DNA of 64,000 nucleotides from a virus: IMG/VR virus record IMGVR_UViG_3300045988_171858; one strand, 5' to 3'. Shown piece by piece: positions 1 to 8,730 of this stretch (position 1 is its first letter; each line of letters starts with the position of its first letter). The notes under the pieces were generated by a model. It saw only the letters and a program-made list of their open reading frames with translations, ran no database searches and was not told where the DNA came from. The position numbers and the translations under genes were made by a program.

Positions 1-944
1 AAAATCATCCCCGCCGTATCTAAAACAATTGGCCAGAATACAGTATGGAAACGCAAGATATCTTTGCCTATAAAATGTATAAGCTGAACATCCTTTCTGG
101 ACCCGTCGAAATTATAGGCCTCCGCGCCGCCCTTATCACAAAGGTTTTTATAAGACGCAAAGTAGCCAAATGGAGCATCCATCCAAACATAGAAATATTT
201 ATTTTCTTCATTTGGAATCTTAAATCCAAAATACGGAGCATCTCTTGAAATGCACCAATCTTTCAGATTAGCTTCGCCATCACCAACCCATTCTGCGAAT
301 CTCGCTTCTGCGCTTTTATTCATCCTTGCTCCTAATCCGAGTAAAGACCAATCTCTAAGAAACTTTCGTTTCATTTTTGTCTTTAAAAACAGATGTTCTG
401 TTTCTTTCAATACGGGAGTGGCGCCGGTCAAGACAGACTTTGGATTTATTAATTCATACGCTTCATAAGTAGCACCACAAGAATCGCAGTTATCCCCGTA
501 TTGTTCCTGCGAATGACACTTAGGGCACTCGCCTTTTACAAAGCGGTCAGGAAGAAACATTTCCTTTTCAGAGTCATATAATTGCTGAATTGTCCGCTTT
601 TCAATCAGGTCATTGGAAACAAGTTTAGAATAGGCATATTTAACCAACTCAAGGTTCTCTTCAGAATGTGTAGTATAGTAATTATCATATTCCACTCCAA
701 AGCCGCTTATGTCTTCATAATGTCTTTCCATTGAGCGTTTAATTAGCTCTTTAGGGTTAATCCCTTCTTTTTCGGCCGCCAAAACAATAGCAGTACCATG
801 AGAATCATCAGCCCCGCAGAAATAAACATCCTTATAAGATTGACGAAGTCTTCGGACATATATGTCTGCTTGAATATGCTCCAATATATGACCTAAATGG
901 ATATCACCATTTGCATACGGCAATGCTGTTGTTACAATATACAT
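1..944 (-). CDS. metG: methionyl-tRNA synthetase, N-terminal ~314 aa (3' end runs off the window start)
   Basis: My own translation of the open-ended minus frame from ATG 944 (GAGGA RBS 7 nt upstream) reads MYIVTTALPYANGDIHLGHILEHIQAD... It has the HIGH motif, a CPKC...CDSC zinc knuckle, DWCISRDAPYFGF, YVWMDAP and FIGKDILRFH, collinear with E. coli-type MetRS. It is absent from the ORF track because no stop lies in the window. Confidence 0.9.
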   Translation of the reverse strand, partial: MYIVTTALPYANGDIHLGHILEHIQADIYVRRLRQSYKDVYFCGADDSHGTAIVLAAEKEGINPKELIKRSMERHYEDISGFGVEYDNYYTTHSEENLELVKYAYSKLVSNDLIEKRTIQQLYDSEKEMFLPDRFVKGECPKCHSQEQYGDNCDSCGATYEAYELINPKSVLTGATPVLKETEHLFLKTKMKRKFLRDWSLLGLGARMNKSAEARFAEWVGDGEANLKDWCISRDAPYFGFKIPNEENKYFYVWMDAPFGYFASYKNLCDKGGAEAYNFDGSRKDVQLIHFIGKDILRFHTVFWPIVLDTAGMI

Positions 945-973
945 TACGTATCCTCTATGAACTTTTCAATTTG

Positions 974-1426
974 TTATTTGCCGCACTCTATATCAGAGAC
1001 ATAGTGCAATTTTTTGAAGTCTTCAAGAATTTGGAATACGTCGACATATCGTTTAAATTCGGGATGATTTCTTCTGATATACGAATAGATCTTATCAAGA
1101 TCGCTTTTATTCGTATGTTCACAAATTTCAAGAAGGTTGCCTTCAATGCAGGGAAGCCATTGTTCTTTTGGTCGAAGATAACACATGCCTATTCTTGACT
1201 CTACGAAATCCGCAAATCTATGGGCGGTTGAGATAATGTAGCCCCTACGAGCTTCATCCATATTTAATTCGATTCCATGAGATTCTCTTAGACTCTTTGC
1301 TGCTTCTATCGCGATTGACGCAGATGCAAAGTCTGTACTTTCAGCTACCTTTAAAACTTCTGATTTAAAATCAGGATATTCGAGGATTCCCTCTTTTATT
1401 TTTTGAAGCAGTTCTTCTTTATTCAT
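974..1426 (-). CDS. hypothetical protein (150 aa)
   Basis: ORF track. AAGGAG RBS upstream of ATG 1426. Overlaps the next gene by 8 nt in an operon-like way. Confidence 0.7.
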   Translation of the reverse strand: MNKEELLQKIKEGILEYPDFKSEVLKVAESTDFASASIAIEAAKSLRESHGIELNMDEARRGYIISTAHRFADFVESRIGMCYLRPKEQWLPCIEGNLLEICEHTNKSDLDKIYSYIRRNHPEFKRYVDVFQILEDFKKLHYVSDIECGK

Positions 1427-1859
1427 TTTCTTCTCCTTTTGTTTCTTCTTCTTTTTCTTTGTTTGCCATTAACTCATTATGGCATGTATCCAAAATCTTG
1501 TAGAAATCCACAAGTTTTATGCCATTGAATTTGGAATTTACAAAATGACGTACTTTTTCAAATTCATCTTTATCCATATAAAAGGACAATTGTACCAATG
1601 CACCAACGGTATAGGCGGCGGGCCGTTCTACATTGGCTGTGAATCCCATATAAATAGAAGTCTTAACAAGCTCATTAAATTGCTTGGCAAAGTCCATCAG
1701 CAACACATCGCCAGAAATACCGGCATTAGCATCAAAACCCAACTCCAGACCGATATCATAAGCGATATCGTAAATCTCTTCTTCTGGAGTTTGAGCTTTT
1801 ATATTTTGTCCGGAAGGAAACTTCAGGACTTTATCTTCTTTGTTCTTATTTTTATCCAT
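1419..1859 (-). CDS. hypothetical protein with acidic C-terminus (146 aa)
   Basis: ORF track. Tightly packed in the minus-strand operon. Confidence 0.7.
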   Translation of the reverse strand: MDKNKNKEDKVLKFPSGQNIKAQTPEEEIYDIAYDIGLELGFDANAGISGDVLLMDFAKQFNELVKTSIYMGFTANVERPAAYTVGALVQLSFYMDKDEFEKVRHFVNSKFNGIKLVDFYKILDTCHNELMANKEKEEETKGEENE

Positions 1860-1868
1860 CTTGATAAC

Positions 1869-2093
1869 CTATTTAGAATGTTCAGCCATAAGGCCAGAAA
1901 GATATTCTTTGTTCTTTTTAATTCTATTTCTGTCTGAGTTTATAATGATTTCCACCTCTTCTGGCGAAAATTTTACGTTTTCTTTTCTTGCCCATTCTAG
2001 CAAGAATAAAGGCTCCGGAAATATTAATTTGACGGTTACATTAGAGCTATCTGGATCTTCAGGCTGCTCTATTTTCGCTTCGAATAATTTCAT
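1869..2093 (-). CDS. hypothetical protein (74 aa)
   Basis: ORF track. GGAGAA RBS upstream. Confidence 0.6.
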   Translation of the reverse strand: MKLFEAKIEQPEDPDSSNVTVKLIFPEPLFLLEWARKENVKFSPEEVEIIINSDRNRIKKNKEYLSGLMAEHSK

Positions 2094-2112
2094 ACATTCT
2101 CCGCCTTGAAAA

Positions 2113-2319
2113 TTATTTTAAAGTTTTAACTTGCTGCTGCTGTTCAATATGTTTAGCTTGTCTATCCGCAATTTCGATTGATAAAACCAAGACAGCAATA
2201 AAGATTGCAGAGCTATACAATGCAGCTTTATACAGGTTGCTACGGTAATAACCAAAAATAAAGCCGCCAATAAATGCGGCTATGGCTTTACCAAGCAGTA
2301 CAATTACTTCTGGACTCAT
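2113..2319 (-). CDS. small membrane protein (68 aa, 2 predicted TM segments)
   Basis: ORF track. Hydrophobic stretches VIVLLGKAIAAFIGGFIFGYY and AALYSSAIFIAVLVLSI. Confidence 0.6.
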   Translation of the reverse strand: MSPEVIVLLGKAIAAFIGGFIFGYYRSNLYKAALYSSAIFIAVLVLSIEIADRQAKHIEQQQQVKTLK

Positions 2320-2354
2320 GTGTCTTCTCTTTGAATTGATTTATAAATAATCGG

Positions 2355-2837
2355 TTAAACAAAATGACTTCTGCCGAATTGTGACAAGGATTCTTCCAAT
2401 AAGCTAAAATGCTTTAAAGAATAAATATCATTAGTCTCTTCGATGTCCAATATATCATCATCATTAAAATAGAGATTGAAATATTTCACATCCAATTTCT
2501 TTTGCTTCGCCAGTATTCTGAGCTCTTTAACAAAGAATAATGAGTCAGTAAAGACAAGCCACTGATATTGTTTCTCTGCAAATGCTACGATGCGTTCTGC
2601 TTCGTCTTTAAGGCTCGTAGGATGCATCCTATTTTTAGAATCAGTCCATATATATGTAATATGGCGCTCGTCAAGAATCATAAGACTATCGGCAACGTTG
2701 TCAAGGTCATACATACAATCACTGGTTACTATATTGATAGCCGGAGAAAGCTTTCGAAATTTATCGTCACGAGGGAATTTTATTTCCCCGGTTCGATTGT
2801 CGGTAACGTTCGCATATTCGCAACTTAGGTAGTTCAT
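2355..2837 (-). CDS. miniature ABC/AAA_21-like ATPase-fold protein with degenerate Walker A (paralog A)
   Basis: AAAGGA RBS. Contains LMILDE...NRMHPTSL...WLVFTDSLFF, resembling Walker B, the LHP motif and the TTHS H-loop of AAA_15/21 ATPases. No GxxGxGK[ST] motif. Paralogous to 4035..4493. Confidence 0.75.
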   Translation of the reverse strand: MNYLSCEYANVTDNRTGEIKFPRDDKFRKLSPAINIVTSDCMYDLDNVADSLMILDERHITYIWTDSKNRMHPTSLKDEAERIVAFAEKQYQWLVFTDSLFFVKELRILAKQKKLDVKYFNLYFNDDDILDIEETNDIYSLKHFSLLEESLSQFGRSHFV

Positions 2838-2900
2838 ATATGTCCTTTAATTAATGTAGTATTTGGCCCGGCGGCATTCCGATAAAAAGACCATTATCAA

Positions 2901-3275
2901 TCATTGAAGTCTAGCTGCCAGCAATTCGCCTTTAATTTTATAAAGGTCATATAATATGCCTGTAGAAGTTGAGGCTTCTACGTATTGAAGTAATGTTTTA
3001 TATGCACCTTCTGCTTGCTTACTTTTTAATCCGGTAAGAATATCCTTAATGGCGGTTAAAGCCGACTCTGGGTCTAAAACATTTAACAATACCGCGTGTC
3101 CAACCTTTTCATTGCACATAATATTGAAATCTATAATACAATGAAGAATATAGCCTCTCGTATTCGACTTCTTGACGCCGGATTTGAAATTTAATTCTTT
3201 GTTTAAAACAGCGGCCGCGTTGACCGCTGTTTCGATTACGTTGCTCTGAGTATCAGAATCAATACTGCATTTCAT
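2901..3275 (-). CDS. hypothetical protein (124 aa)
   Basis: ORF track. 17-nt overlap with the upstream gene. Confidence 0.65.
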   Translation of the reverse strand: MKCSIDSDTQSNVIETAVNAAAVLNKELNFKSGVKKSNTRGYILHCIIDFNIMCNEKVGHAVLLNVLDPESALTAIKDILTGLKSKQAEGAYKTLLQYVEASTSTGILYDLYKIKGELLAARLQ

Positions 3276-3993
3276 TTGGATCTACCTCTACAAAGGAATT
3301 ACTCTCATATCCAAATCTGTACCATGTTTTGAATTTCAGGTCTTTTATGAATTTGGGAGTGTGAACTTTGCCAACCTCATATTGACTTTCGTCTTCATTA
3401 ATAAAGACTACGTCCGAGCCGGACAGACCTTTGAATTTAGAATTACCTTTAATGATGATAGTATTGTCATTACCAGAAAATATAACCTTAGAGTTATGGC
3501 CAATTACAGTAACCAAGTTATGGTCGCCGGCAATATATACAAAACAATTATCGCCATTCACTGTAATATTACAATCAGACTCCATAACGAAAACAAAGCA
3601 ACCTTCTCCTGTAGACATGATCGTCGAATTGTCAGATTTTGACACCAGGATATTCTTATACGAAGAGGATAAGATAAATTGCTTAGGGAATGAGCTGTAA
3701 GCCATAGAGAACGGCTCGGTTATAAACATATTCGGAGAACCAAGCCAGTCCTTTTCACAATACATAACATCATCAATGTTAGTATTTGAATATAACTCCT
3801 TTATAGCATTTTTCAAACATTTGGCTAAGCCATTAAGGCGCCGCTTGGATTGATTTTCTTCTATATACGACCAGAGCAATTTATCAAGTTCTGTATAATT
3901 CTGATCTTCAACCAGCTCAGCAATGAGCATATCCAATGGGTATTCATGTTCAGCTTCAAGCTCAACATCGAAAGGAAGAGCCGCTTCGTCCAT
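3259..3993 (-). CDS. hypothetical protein with short beta-solenoid-like repeats (244 aa)
   Basis: ORF track. Periodic segment NITVNGDNCFVYIAGDHNLVTVIGHNSKVIFSGNDNTIIIKGNSKF. Confidence 0.7.
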   Translation of the reverse strand: MDEAALPFDVELEAEHEYPLDMLIAELVEDQNYTELDKLLWSYIEENQSKRRLNGLAKCLKNAIKELYSNTNIDDVMYCEKDWLGSPNMFITEPFSMAYSSFPKQFILSSSYKNILVSKSDNSTIMSTGEGCFVFVMESDCNITVNGDNCFVYIAGDHNLVTVIGHNSKVIFSGNDNTIIIKGNSKFKGLSGSDVVFINEDESQYEVGKVHTPKFIKDLKFKTWYRFGYESNSFVEVDPNEMQY

Positions 3994-4034
3994 GTTTTGT
4001 CTTTCTAAAATCTTTAATAACAGCCTTTTGAATG

Positions 4035-4493
4035 CTACATTCGCAAATATTTATCGGCCTGTTCAAGGCTCTCGTCCAAAATGGAGAGATGCTCAATACC
4101 CTCAATTCCATCGGACTGTTCAACCTTCAGTTCATCTTTGTCGAAATAGAGGTTGATATATCTCACCGGCATATTGTTTGAATAAGCCAGAATATCCAGC
4201 TCGCGCATCATAAACAAGGAATCCGTAAATACGATTCCCTGTAAGCCTCGAGACACATCTTGTATGAGATGTCCAGCTTCCATTTTTAAATGAGTCGGAT
4301 GCAGGCTGTTTGCATACAAATCAGACCAAATGCAAATTTCATTGTTTTGATCTAATTCTAAGAGATCCGGGACATGTAAATGTATTTTTGAGTGAAAGTC
4401 TCCGGTTACAATATTGAGACCATCTGAAAACAACACTTCTTCTTTGCATTTAGGGAAGTTTGTCTTTTTTATTTTGAAGAATTCTTTATCCAT
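4035..4493 (-). CDS. miniature ABC/AAA_21-like ATPase-fold protein with degenerate Walker A (paralog B)
   Basis: GAGGT RBS. Contains GLNIVTGDFHSKI (decayed P-loop), ICIWSDLYANSLHPTHL and GIVFTDSLFMMREL. Aligns with 2355..2837 over most of its length. Confidence 0.75.
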   Translation of the reverse strand: MDKEFFKIKKTNFPKCKEEVLFSDGLNIVTGDFHSKIHLHVPDLLELDQNNEICIWSDLYANSLHPTHLKMEAGHLIQDVSRGLQGIVFTDSLFMMRELDILAYSNNMPVRYINLYFDKDELKVEQSDGIEGIEHLSILDESLEQADKYLRM

Positions 4494-4541
4494 GTTTACC
4501 TCATGTCATAAAAGGACCGACAATAATGTCGGCCCTTAAAA

Positions 4542-4952
4542 TTAATCTTTGTAGTTTATTTTGACGCAGAATTTTTCGGCTTTTGCCTTAATAGGATTCA
4601 AGCGTCGAATTATAGCACTTAACACTTTTGGTGTTTCTTTTCTCCGCTTAGATGCCTTGAAAATCAGGTCAGTAATATACATAATTACTGCCGCCAAAAT
4701 TACAGAGGCAATCACAATAAGTGACATAAACGAAAAGTACGCCAAGAACCAATTAGCCCCGGCGAGATCTTTCAGGGGGATGTCATACAGGCCCAACAAA
4801 ATTGAGGCAGTGAATCCAACAGTGCCAAGTAGGAACACGAAGAACATAATAAACAGTGGAATCAGTTGACGTGTGAACCCACAAATGTCTTCCGCAGGAT
4901 CGCAATAGAGATCCATCAATTTATACAGCCAGCTTTTACGACTTAATTCCAT
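4542..4952 (-). CDS. membrane protein (136 aa, about 3 TM segments)
   Basis: ORF track. AAAGG RBS. Long hydrophobic segments. Confidence 0.7.
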   Translation of the reverse strand: MELSRKSWLYKLMDLYCDPAEDICGFTRQLIPLFIMFFVFLLGTVGFTASILLGLYDIPLKDLAGANWFLAYFSFMSLIVIASVILAAVIMYITDLIFKASKRRKETPKVLSAIIRRLNPIKAKAEKFCVKINYKD

Positions 4953-4971
4953 TTTTATTTACCTTTCTAAA

Positions 4972-5286
4972 CTATTCTTCAAATCCGAAATAATCAATAA
5001 GCCCATCCATCTTAGAAATGATATTTCCCGCGCCTATTGGATTTTGGCTATGAACGGTGTACTTAAACCCTTTCGGAAACTTCAAACCATTATCAATCAG
5101 CTCATTCTCAAGATGATTTATGAAATTGATTGCAGTATCCTGACATCCCAAATCATGGTCAAATGCAATTTCTTGAGGCATTCCATATAACTCCAAGGCT
5201 TTAATCGCCTGATAGCTATTACGAGCCACAAACCAATCAGGAGTAACAGGAAATCTTTCGTCATCTATAAAAAGACGATAAGTCAT
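4972..5286 (-). CDS. receiver-like (cyclic-phosphate-processing REC, cREC-type) domain protein
   Basis: Start moved to ATG 5286, which has a GGAGG RBS. Contains RLFIDDERFP...RNSYQAIKAL...IAFDHDLG...TVHSQNPIGAGNI, matching the phage cREC pattern (hhhDD.R.P / sFDHDLG / vHS.NP.G). Confidence 0.6.
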   Translation of the reverse strand: MTYRLFIDDERFPVTPDWFVARNSYQAIKALELYGMPQEIAFDHDLGCQDTAINFINHLENELIDNGLKFPKGFKYTVHSQNPIGAGNIISKMDGLIDYFGFEE

Positions 5287-5299
5287 ACGACCTCCATAA

Positions 5300-6268
5300 T
5301 TAATCATTATCCGCAAAAATATCAGGAGTCAGGCATCTAAAGTAAAGCTCAATTTTCTTTTGAATTCTTACAATATTTTCTGCAGTATTATCATATTCAT
5401 CGCCGCTATAAAACTTAAGATAGCGTGCTCTGTTCATATGACGATCATTCTGACTGATTGCCGTCTTGTCCGACCTGAGTATAATTGCCTGTCCAGGAGC
5501 GTTCATATCTTTGGGGATTACACCATTAACAGAGTATTGAAATCCGTCTTTGACTGTTGAGATATTGTAATAATAGAACTCTTCCAACGCATAGGAAGGA
5601 AGCATTTTAAGCTCAATATTCAATAAGCCCGCGCCGACCCTAGGAAAGCTAGATGAATTAATTTTGAAAAGCTTCATACTGAACCTACTGTTCTCTTCTC
5701 TTTTAATTTTACCGGCAAGAGATAAGTACAAATGCGAAATCAGATAATGGAGCAATTCTACTGGATGATCAACATCCCAATTGAAATTCTTGAAATCATG
5801 GAATATTTTATAATCTACAAGCTCATCCATTGCAATTTCAACTGCACTTTCAATTGTCATTGGATCCTTATTGGTTATATTTGAATTCCAGATTCCTATT
5901 GCATCTGGCAAATACATATTCAAATATCCCCTTGGTATACCCTTGCCCCATATACATTCTGCAATTTCGCCAATATTAGAATTAAAGGCAAGCTCTTTTT
6001 TATAGCCTCTTTCTGTTAAGAATTTCTTTATACGTCCAAAGATTTCCGTCCTTTGGCATTGTACTTTAGATAATTCATATCTAGATTTAAGGCTAGTAAG
6101 ATGCATTGGCTCAAAGTATCCGGGCTTTATACCGGCCTTTTCTAGAAAATCCAAATATCCTTCCATTGTTTTAAACTTGATTTTTAATTCAGGCCCCTGC
6201 CACTCTTGCAGGTCCATTACATTGGATTCGAATTTCTCGAATTGTAAATTGTTATTCAGATTTTTCAT
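5300..6268 (-). CDS. hypothetical protein (322 aa)
   Basis: ORF track. ATG 6268 has a GGAG RBS; the track start is a GTG 6 nt upstream. Confidence 0.75.
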   Translation of the reverse strand: MKNLNNNLQFEKFESNVMDLQEWQGPELKIKFKTMEGYLDFLEKAGIKPGYFEPMHLTSLKSRYELSKVQCQRTEIFGRIKKFLTERGYKKELAFNSNIGEIAECIWGKGIPRGYLNMYLPDAIGIWNSNITNKDPMTIESAVEIAMDELVDYKIFHDFKNFNWDVDHPVELLHYLISHLYLSLAGKIKREENSRFSMKLFKINSSSFPRVGAGLLNIELKMLPSYALEEFYYYNISTVKDGFQYSVNGVIPKDMNAPGQAIILRSDKTAISQNDRHMNRARYLKFYSGDEYDNTAENIVRIQKKIELYFRCLTPDIFADND

Positions 6269-6380
6269 GCACACTCCAATAATAGAATATAGTCTTTCAA
6301 TATATTGTTTATTAATCTAATCAGCATAACTAATATCAAAAGCCTTTGACCTTCAGAAACCTTTGATATTAATAAGCTGC

Positions 6381-6412
6381 AAAAACAAAAGCCCCAGCGT
6401 CGAGCTGGGGCT
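6381..6412 (-). terminator. intrinsic terminator downstream of the adhesin gene (bidirectional shape)
   Basis: Perfect 9-bp stem AGCCCCAGC/GCTGGGGCT with loop GTCGA. On the minus strand it is followed by TTTTGTTTTT. Confidence 0.8.
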
Positions 6413-6422
6413 TTCACTTTTA

Positions 6423-7895
6423 TTATTGACGCACTTTAACTTGTGCAGGAACCGGCGCTACTTCACGCACAATCACCTTTTCAACAACTTCGGTTTTGTG
6501 GATTACAACAGGAGCAGGAACCACTACAGGAACACCTCCCCATACATAGCTCAAACCAACAGCTGCGCCAACATTTTTACGGGTGTCAAAGTTAACACCC
6601 GCTTTGCTGACCCATTTGCCAGATTTAGAGATGTGGCTCATACCAACGGCTACGGCACCTTCATGTTTGAAGTACCCAGCGCCAACGCCAAATGCAGTTT
6701 GACCAGGAGCGTGAGGTTGCGGAATTCCGGCAATAGCATTTGCACCAGCAATACCGGCACGAGATTCGCGGCGCAAGTCATGCATTTCTTTGCGCAAGAT
6801 TGCTTCGTTAGCACCCATACCTTTAACCAGAGCGGTCAGGTTGTCCAAGCGTTGAGTGTTAGCGTCAACATCGCCGCGCAGCTCATTGATTTGGCCATCT
6901 TGAGCTTCATTCCAGGCGTTTTGCTGTTGAACAGTGTGGTTCAGAGTGGTGATTTGCTGAGTATTGGCTTCGATATTGCCGGCATTGATAGCCACAACAT
7001 CGCCCAATTCGGCAATTGTTTTCTTGTTGGCTTCTACGCCTTTAGCATTTTCGCCCACTTTGTTAGCAACGGCAAAGAGCTGGCTACCATTAACGGCATC
7101 GGCAGAGGTTTTGGTAATACGGCCGGCGGCAACGTTTGTCACATTGCGTTCCCAACCTTCGCTACCCATACTTGTTTCACCTACAGGACGATGGCCGGCA
7201 AAAGTACCATACTTAACGCCATTTACTTCTGCAGTGGCAGTACCAACAGCACCAGTTGTTTTGGAGCCGAAACCCAAAGCGACATCGTGTTGATTGGTAG
7301 CGACGGCATTGCCACCGACGGCAGTAGAGAAGCGTTCCAGAGCTTGTGCACCTGAGCCGATAGCTGTTGATTTCTCGCCCATGGATTGGCTGCTTTGACC
7401 CAGGGCAGTTGATTGAACACCACCAGCATAGGAGTGCAGACCGCCTGCGAAGGACGAAGAACCCATAGATGTAGCATGAGGGCCAACGGCAGTACCGGCT
7501 TTTGCATCTACACCGGTTGTGGCACCTTTACCAATGGCAACGGAGGATTCACCCAGGCCTTTAGAATCGGAACCAACAGCAGTCACCATGCTATTGTATG
7601 CTTCAGCGCGTTGGCCAATTGCTACGGACATATTGCCTTTAACTGCGGCATTATGACCTGCCACGACATTGATTTTGCCAGTTACAGCATTGTGAATACC
7701 AGACACCACATTAGAGTCGCCAACGGTCACGATATCAGTACCAGTTACGGCATTGCCATAACCATCGACGTTAATCTTTTCGCCAGTTACAGTATTGTAA
7801 TTGCCGGCTACTTCATTTTGAGTGCCGGACACCAGATTTGCGGCGAAAGCAGGGGCAGACATCAGGGCGATTGCAATTGCGATATGTTTTTTCAT
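6423..7895 (-). CDS. trimeric autotransporter adhesin (YadA/Hia-like) with signal peptide
   Basis: Start set at MKKHIAIAIALMSAPAFA (AGAGGAA RBS). Many Hep_Hag head repeats (NAVTG, SVAIG, STAIG, STAVG). HIM/neck motif SADAVNGSQLFAV. Coiled-coil stalk. C-terminal YadA anchor AGIAGANAIAGIPQP...GVGAGYFKHEGAVAVGMS...GAAVGLSYVW. Confidence 0.9.
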   Translation of the reverse strand: MKKHIAIAIALMSAPAFAANLVSGTQNEVAGNYNTVTGEKINVDGYGNAVTGTDIVTVGDSNVVSGIHNAVTGKINVVAGHNAAVKGNMSVAIGQRAEAYNSMVTAVGSDSKGLGESSVAIGKGATTGVDAKAGTAVGPHATSMGSSSFAGGLHSYAGGVQSTALGQSSQSMGEKSTAIGSGAQALERFSTAVGGNAVATNQHDVALGFGSKTTGAVGTATAEVNGVKYGTFAGHRPVGETSMGSEGWERNVTNVAAGRITKTSADAVNGSQLFAVANKVGENAKGVEANKKTIAELGDVVAINAGNIEANTQQITTLNHTVQQQNAWNEAQDGQINELRGDVDANTQRLDNLTALVKGMGANEAILRKEMHDLRRESRAGIAGANAIAGIPQPHAPGQTAFGVGAGYFKHEGAVAVGMSHISKSGKWVSKAGVNFDTRKNVGAAVGLSYVWGGVPVVVPAPVVIHKTEVVEKVIVREVAPVPAQVKVRQ

Positions 7896-7962
7896 AGGGA
7901 GAATTCCTCTTTGGTTGATTGGCAATTATGCCAGTTTTAAGTAAAACGTTAATTGAGCTATC

Positions 7963-8730
7963 TCAGAGAAGCAAGTCTTTGCTGCACTCTTCGATAACCT
8001 TGTACTCGCATACACGAGCTTTTGAACCATCGTAATCAATAGGGACTGATACGAAGTTTCTTGGATTGATTCGGAGTTTAACCAAGCGCCAGTTGCCGCC
8101 CAAGCCTTGTCCATAGCCACTGTCACGGAGGTAACGTAAGGATGCGGCATGAAGACCTTGGGAGCAAGTTCGGTTATTGTCATCGTCAATCTGATTGCGC
8201 GGCATCTTAATAACAGAGCCAACAGAATTGTCGATTTTACCGGTATAGACATCTTTCCAGTCGTCACGGATAACTTTGTAACAAATTACATAGCCATCTT
8301 TGTCGATTTCGATGTCATTATGGCCAATGAACGAATAGAGGTTATTAATCGTCCGGCGCGATGGGTTTTCTTCCAGATGATCAAGGAATTTTAGGAACGC
8401 TTCTGGATTGATTTCGTTATCACCCACTTTACAAGCGCGATTTACGAATGCAGCAATTTCTTTTTGCAGCAATTCTGGTAAATCAGAATCAACAAGCTCG
8501 GATTCCCAAAGGTCAACCTTATACTTGCCAATTGAAGCATAACGGGCATTGGAAACATCCAAGAATGTTTTTCGAGCATCGTTGAGCTTATACCAATCAT
8601 CCAAAATTGTATCAAAGTCGGTTTTAACCACCGGCGAGTTAAAGAGTTTGGCCGTCAGGATATTGCCATTCTCTTCAACTTTGGTCACCACGATAAACTT
8701 ATCAGGGTTGACCGTTACGTTGTAATTCAT
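7963..8730 (-). CDS. rIIB: rIIB-like protein
   Basis: The C-terminal half aligns with T4 rIIB as I recall it: ENPSRR...DIEIDKDGY..YKV.R......G.VIKMPRN..DDD...TCSQGLH...VK.R..PR..VS.PIDY...K.R.CEY.V.EE. Confidence 0.85.
   Translation of the reverse strand: MNYNVTVNPDKFIVVTKVEENGNILTAKLFNSPVVKTDFDTILDDWYKLNDARKTFLDVSNARYASIGKYKVDLWESELVDSDLPELLQKEIAAFVNRACKVGDNEINPEAFLKFLDHLEENPSRRTINNLYSFIGHNDIEIDKDGYVICYKVIRDDWKDVYTGKIDNSVGSVIKMPRNQIDDDNNRTCSQGLHAASLRYLRDSGYGQGLGGNWRLVKLRINPRNFVSVPIDYDGSKARVCEYKVIEECSKDLLL

Noticed and set aside
45-468. Plus-strand ORFs 45..248 and 250..468.
   Set aside because: They are antisense to the clearly recognisable metG frame.
6363-7940. Plus-strand ORFs 6363..7355, 6964..7293 and 7413..7940, and the minus-strand off-frame ORF 7223..7507.
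   Set aside because: They are antisense or off-frame to the adhesin gene, whose own frame shows unmistakable YadA-type motifs.
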